A DNA stretch of 63,982 bases, counting the filler, from Octopus bimaculoides (lineage: Eukaryota): the NCBI RefSeq assembly GCF_001194135.2. It is 5 parts of 4 records of this genome, joined end to end, with 100 filler letters (N's around TTAATTAATTAA, not from the genome) between each part and the next. Parts side by side here need not be neighbours in the genome. Positions count along the whole stretch, not along the records: positions 50,124 to 60,460 come from NC_068997.1; positions 60,561 to 63,982 come from NC_068987.1; 3 more parts are not named here. One strand, given 5' to 3'. The stretch's first letter is position 1; every line of letters starts with the position of its first letter. Shown here piece after piece: positions 59,749 to 63,982 of the stretch. A program made the position numbers and the translations under genes. The notes under the pieces are model-generated. The model saw nothing but the letters and a program-made list of their open reading frames with translations, was not told the DNA's origin and made no database searches.

Positions 59749-60374
59749 GAGTAAGAATATGTTGAAAGATGTGTAATTTATATATATCTATATGTATATA
59801 TATATTTGTTTGTATGTATAATTGTATAATTATATAGGAACACTAGATTTAGCACTGTAGCAAAAGTAAATTGCCTCGTGATTAAGATAGCTATAATTTT
59901 TTTCTTCTTAATTGAAATGAATAAAATACTGAAGAGCAAAAAAAAAAATATAGAAACTCTGACAATGCTTATACACAATTACATGAGTATCTACTACTAC
60001 TACTGCTGCTGGGTGATGCTGCTGCTTAGAACTACAACTAACAACATCAAAAATTACCATTATTATTGTTGTAAAAATAATATCATCAATAATAAAAGGT
60101 ATAAAAATATTGAGTATGTTGAGCAAAACATAACAAAATAACAACGAACACAGAAAATTAAGGGAGTTGGAGAGAGGAAAGATGAAATGAGGAAAAGTGA
60201 TGGGGTGACAAATGAAAGCAACACATATCGTTTGAATTATACATCTAACTTAGTTAATTTCTCTCTGAGAGTGAAGTGATAGGAGAGGAAATGTATGCAA
60301 ACACATATTAAGAATTACAAACACACAAACAAAAAGATATAAACAAGTGTGTGTGTGTATTATCTATCTATCTA

Positions 60375-60460
<86 letters not shown>

Positions 60461-60560
60461 NNNNNNNNNNNNNNNNNNNNNNNNNNNNNNNNNNNNNNNN
60501 NNNNTTAATTAATTAANNNNNNNNNNNNNNNNNNNNNNNNNNNNNNNNNNNNNNNNNNNN
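60461..60560. other. Artificial scaffold join N44-TTAATTAATTAA-N44
   Basis: Same 100-bp structure. Confidence 0.95.
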
Positions 60561-60947
60561 TATATATATATGTATATATACAGACACAGACCTTGAGCTT
60601 TATTGTTTAAGATATATATATGTGTATGTGTATGTGTTTGTGTGTGTATGTGTTTGTGTGTGCATGTGCGTTATGTGTGTGTGTGTGTGTGTGTGTAATA
60701 ACGTTTCTCTTTTTTCCTCTACTGTTTCTTTAAACAACTCAGACAATAATAAACTGAATTTAGAATGGAGAACTAATCTGAAATCTGAACTAAACCGAAG
60801 AAATTTAACACCTTTACTTTACAAATTCAAAGGTATATCCTTTTCACAGTAAGTAGCATCAATTAAAATGTACTACTGCACCAATGAACCAATTATAACA
60901 CATGAACCCTCGGAGCACGAAAGATAACATCGAGTGTAATATATTTT

Positions 60948-61160
60948 TTCTACTCTAGGCACAAGGCCTGAAATTTTTGGGGAGGGGGCCAGTCGATTAC
61001 ATCGAATCCAGTACGCAACTGGTACTTAATTTACCGACCCTAAAACAAAGAAAAGGAAAAGTTGACCTTGGCGGAATTTGAACTGAGAACGTAACGGCAG
61101 ACGAAATACTGCTAAGCATTCCGACCGGCGCGCTAATGTTTCTGCCAGCTCGTCGCCTTC
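60948..61160 (-). mobile_element. SINE family B, full length
   Basis: TTTTCTACTCTAGGCACAAGGCC...TCTGCCAGCTCGTCGCCTT. Confidence 0.9.
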
Positions 61161-61316
61161 CAAAGTGTAATATATTAAATCTAAAGAAACTTATATTGCA
61201 TCTTAAGAAGGGAGGTTACTTATGTTGTACTTTTAAATCTAATAGATGTTAAATGTAATTAGTAATCTTTACTGCTATAGTAGGCACAAGACCTGAAATT
61301 TGGGGAAGGGGTATAG

Positions 61317-61657
61317 TCATTTGACTGTGGCCATGCTAACGTACCGCCTTTAGTCGAGCAAATCGACCCCAGGATTTATTCTTTTGTAAGCCTAGTATCG
61401 GACTCTTTTGCCGAACCGCTAAGTTACACGAACGTAAACACACCAGCATCAACCGATGCTGGTGTGTTGGGGGGGGGGGACAAACACAGCACACAAACAC
61501 ACACACATATATACATATACATATATATATATATATATACATATATACGACGGGCTTCTTTCAGTTTCTGTCTATCAAATCCACTCACAAGGCTTTGGTC
61601 GGCCCGAGGTGCCTCAGTGGGACTGAACCCGGAACCATGTGGTTGGTAAGCAAGCTA
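61317..61657 (-). mobile_element. SINE family A with internal deletions
   Basis: TTGACTGTGGCCATGCT...GGACTGAACCCGGAACCATGTGGTTGGTAAGCAAGCTA. Confidence 0.88.
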
Positions 61658-61706
61658 GTTATATATATATATATATTTACATATATATATGTATATATAT
61701 ATACAA

Positions 61707-61741
<35 letters not shown>

Positions 61742-61899
61742 CATATATACAGAGAGAGAGAGAGGAGAGAGAGGCACANNNNNNNNNNCATATATACAGA
61801 GAGAGAGAGAGGAGAGAGAGGCACACACACACACACACACACACACAGAATGAGAGATACAGATATATATATGTGTGCGTGTATATGCACATTCACACA

Positions 61900-61900
61900 A

Positions 61901-61960
<60 letters not shown>

Positions 61961-61961
61961 G

Positions 61962-61993
<32 letters not shown>

Positions 61994-61994
61994 A

Positions 61995-62044
<50 letters not shown>

Positions 62045-62056
62045 TTATCTATCTAT
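61900..62056. repeat. (TCTA)n microsatellite
   Basis: Directly visible. Confidence 0.95.
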
Positions 62057-62164
62057 ATTATTGTGGGCACTGGAATGTTCAATGGTTCAATGCCTCACAG
62101 TGACTACAAGTTTCATACCAGTGTGCTCATTGTTGCTGAAGTAATTATTATTATTATTATTATG

Positions 62165-62199
<35 letters not shown>

Positions 62200-62352
62200 C
62201 ATTATCATCATTATTACAATTTTTTTTTTGTTTTTTGCAGATTGTATTTTTATTGAACTTGTTTACATTGTTGTCCTGGTTATATTTTTCATGTGTCATT
62301 GTTACTGAACTCATACTATTTTTTTTTTTGTTCATACGTTTTCACTCTTTAG

Positions 62353-62402
62353 ATTGGCTGCCTGCCTGGCTGCCTGCCTGGCTGCCTGCCTGGCTGCCTG
62401 CC
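62353..62402. repeat. 12-bp tandem repeat GGCTGCCTGCCT
   Basis: About four units. Confidence 0.9.
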
Positions 62403-62600
62403 AGCTGAGTTTTCGAAACTTCCGGTTTTTCGGGACTTCATTTCTCGATAGTTTGTACTTCCACAAAAGTTTTTTTCTCTCATAGCGTCATAATCCAAAG
62501 CGTTCTATTAACTATCGCCTTTTTCCCCGTATACATCCAAGATAGTCATTATTCCGTTTATATATTGTCTGTTGTCCTTCTTGTTAACATATATTCTGTA

Positions 62601-62634
<34 letters not shown>

Positions 62635-62644
62635 NNNNNNNNNN

Positions 62645-62681
<37 letters not shown>

Positions 62682-62819
62682 GTATGTATGTATATGCATA
62701 TATGATATCATTTTTATTTCGTTTCATTCGATTTCAGTGTTAATCCCCAACCATTTCTGTAAACTGTTTCTCAAGTGCTCTTTCATCCGTTATTCTTGTG
62801 GCAGTAATGACAAATGGTT

Positions 62820-62844
62820 GTTATTACTATTATTATCATCATCA

Positions 62845-62906
<62 letters not shown>

Positions 62907-62925
62907 AAAGAAATCATCATCATCA

Positions 62926-62972
<47 letters not shown>

Positions 62973-63085
62973 AAAGAAATCATCATCATCATCATTATTA
63001 TTGCTGTTGTTGTCATTGTTGTTGTTTTTCATATTCTTATCATCATGATCATCATCATGATCATCATCACCATTAATATGATTTG
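62820..63085. repeat. (ATT)n/(ATC)n compound microsatellite
   Basis: Directly visible; explains the poly-I/Y/N pseudo-ORFs. Confidence 0.95.
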
Positions 63086-63259
63086 ATATATCATCATTTC
63101 ATATTTCATCATTTCAATAGCTTAAGGTATGTATTTTTTTTAAAATCTCGAATTTGTTTTTGTCTTTTTGTATTTTGTGTATGTCCTGTATGTGCAATTT
63201 TCACAATCAGAATACGCGCATGCGCGTGTACGTGAGTATGTGTGTTTATATGAGTGTAT

Positions 63260-63339
<80 letters not shown>

Positions 63340-63429
63340 CGCTCTTTAACACAATTTTCATCACAATTACAGCAAGTTTTCTCGTACGTAATATAAACAT
63401 TTCCTAACAAGTATATACAATACTATACA

Positions 63430-63646
63430 CACAACCTTTTAAAATTCTATATTTCCATTTATGTAGTTATATACTTACATAACCTTGGGGCAATCAGTGA
63501 TATATACATATATACATATATATGTATATATACATATATACATATATACNNNNNNNNNNGTTGTTATTTTTTGTATATTCTCCCATATATATATATATAT
63601 GTATATATACAAATATATATATATAGATGTATATATATATATATGC

Positions 63647-63677
<31 letters not shown>

Positions 63678-63889
63678 GACATTATCTGCATATAGGCATA
63701 TATAAATACATATATATATATGTATATATACATACATATATTGTGTATATATATGTATTCATATACACGCATATATATGTATATATATATGTATATATAC
63801 ATGTATATATATGTATGTATATACATGTATATATATACATGTATATGTATATATGCATGTATATGCATATATATATACATGTATATATA

Positions 63890-63982
<93 letters not shown>
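63430..63982. repeat. (TA)-rich, (CT)n and (TA)n tracts
   Basis: Directly visible. Confidence 0.92.

Overview
AT-rich, repeat-saturated animal genomic DNA from a gapped draft assembly. The tRNA-derived SINE families and microsatellite load look like an octopus, probably Octopus bimaculoides (inference). No host protein-coding gene can be named; almost every ORF in the supplied track is a microsatellite or N-gap artefact. What can be supported: decayed hAT, mariner/Tc1 and piggyBac-type DNA transposons, several Penelope-like elements (PLEs), RTE and restriction-like-endonuclease (RLE, R4/Dong-like) LINE fragments, at least five SINE-type families, many microsatellites, and four artificial N44-TTAATTAATTAA-N44 joins. 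Best candidate for an undescribed system: a PLE whose 3' terminal region carries a tRNA-derived Pol III cassette, then an (AAT)n tract, then a minimal type I hammerhead ribozyme (related copies at 9.6, 11.8, 36.7 and 41.2 kb; only the 11.84 kb core is intact), with the (AAT)n tract apparently used as a landing site by a Dong-like LINE. Also notable: an RLE LINE found twice inside (CATA)n tracts, a 158-bp hairpin stem with one mismatch, and a CpG-poor block of about 27 kb bounded by two artificial joins. Candidate exons are low-confidence guesses from splice signals only.
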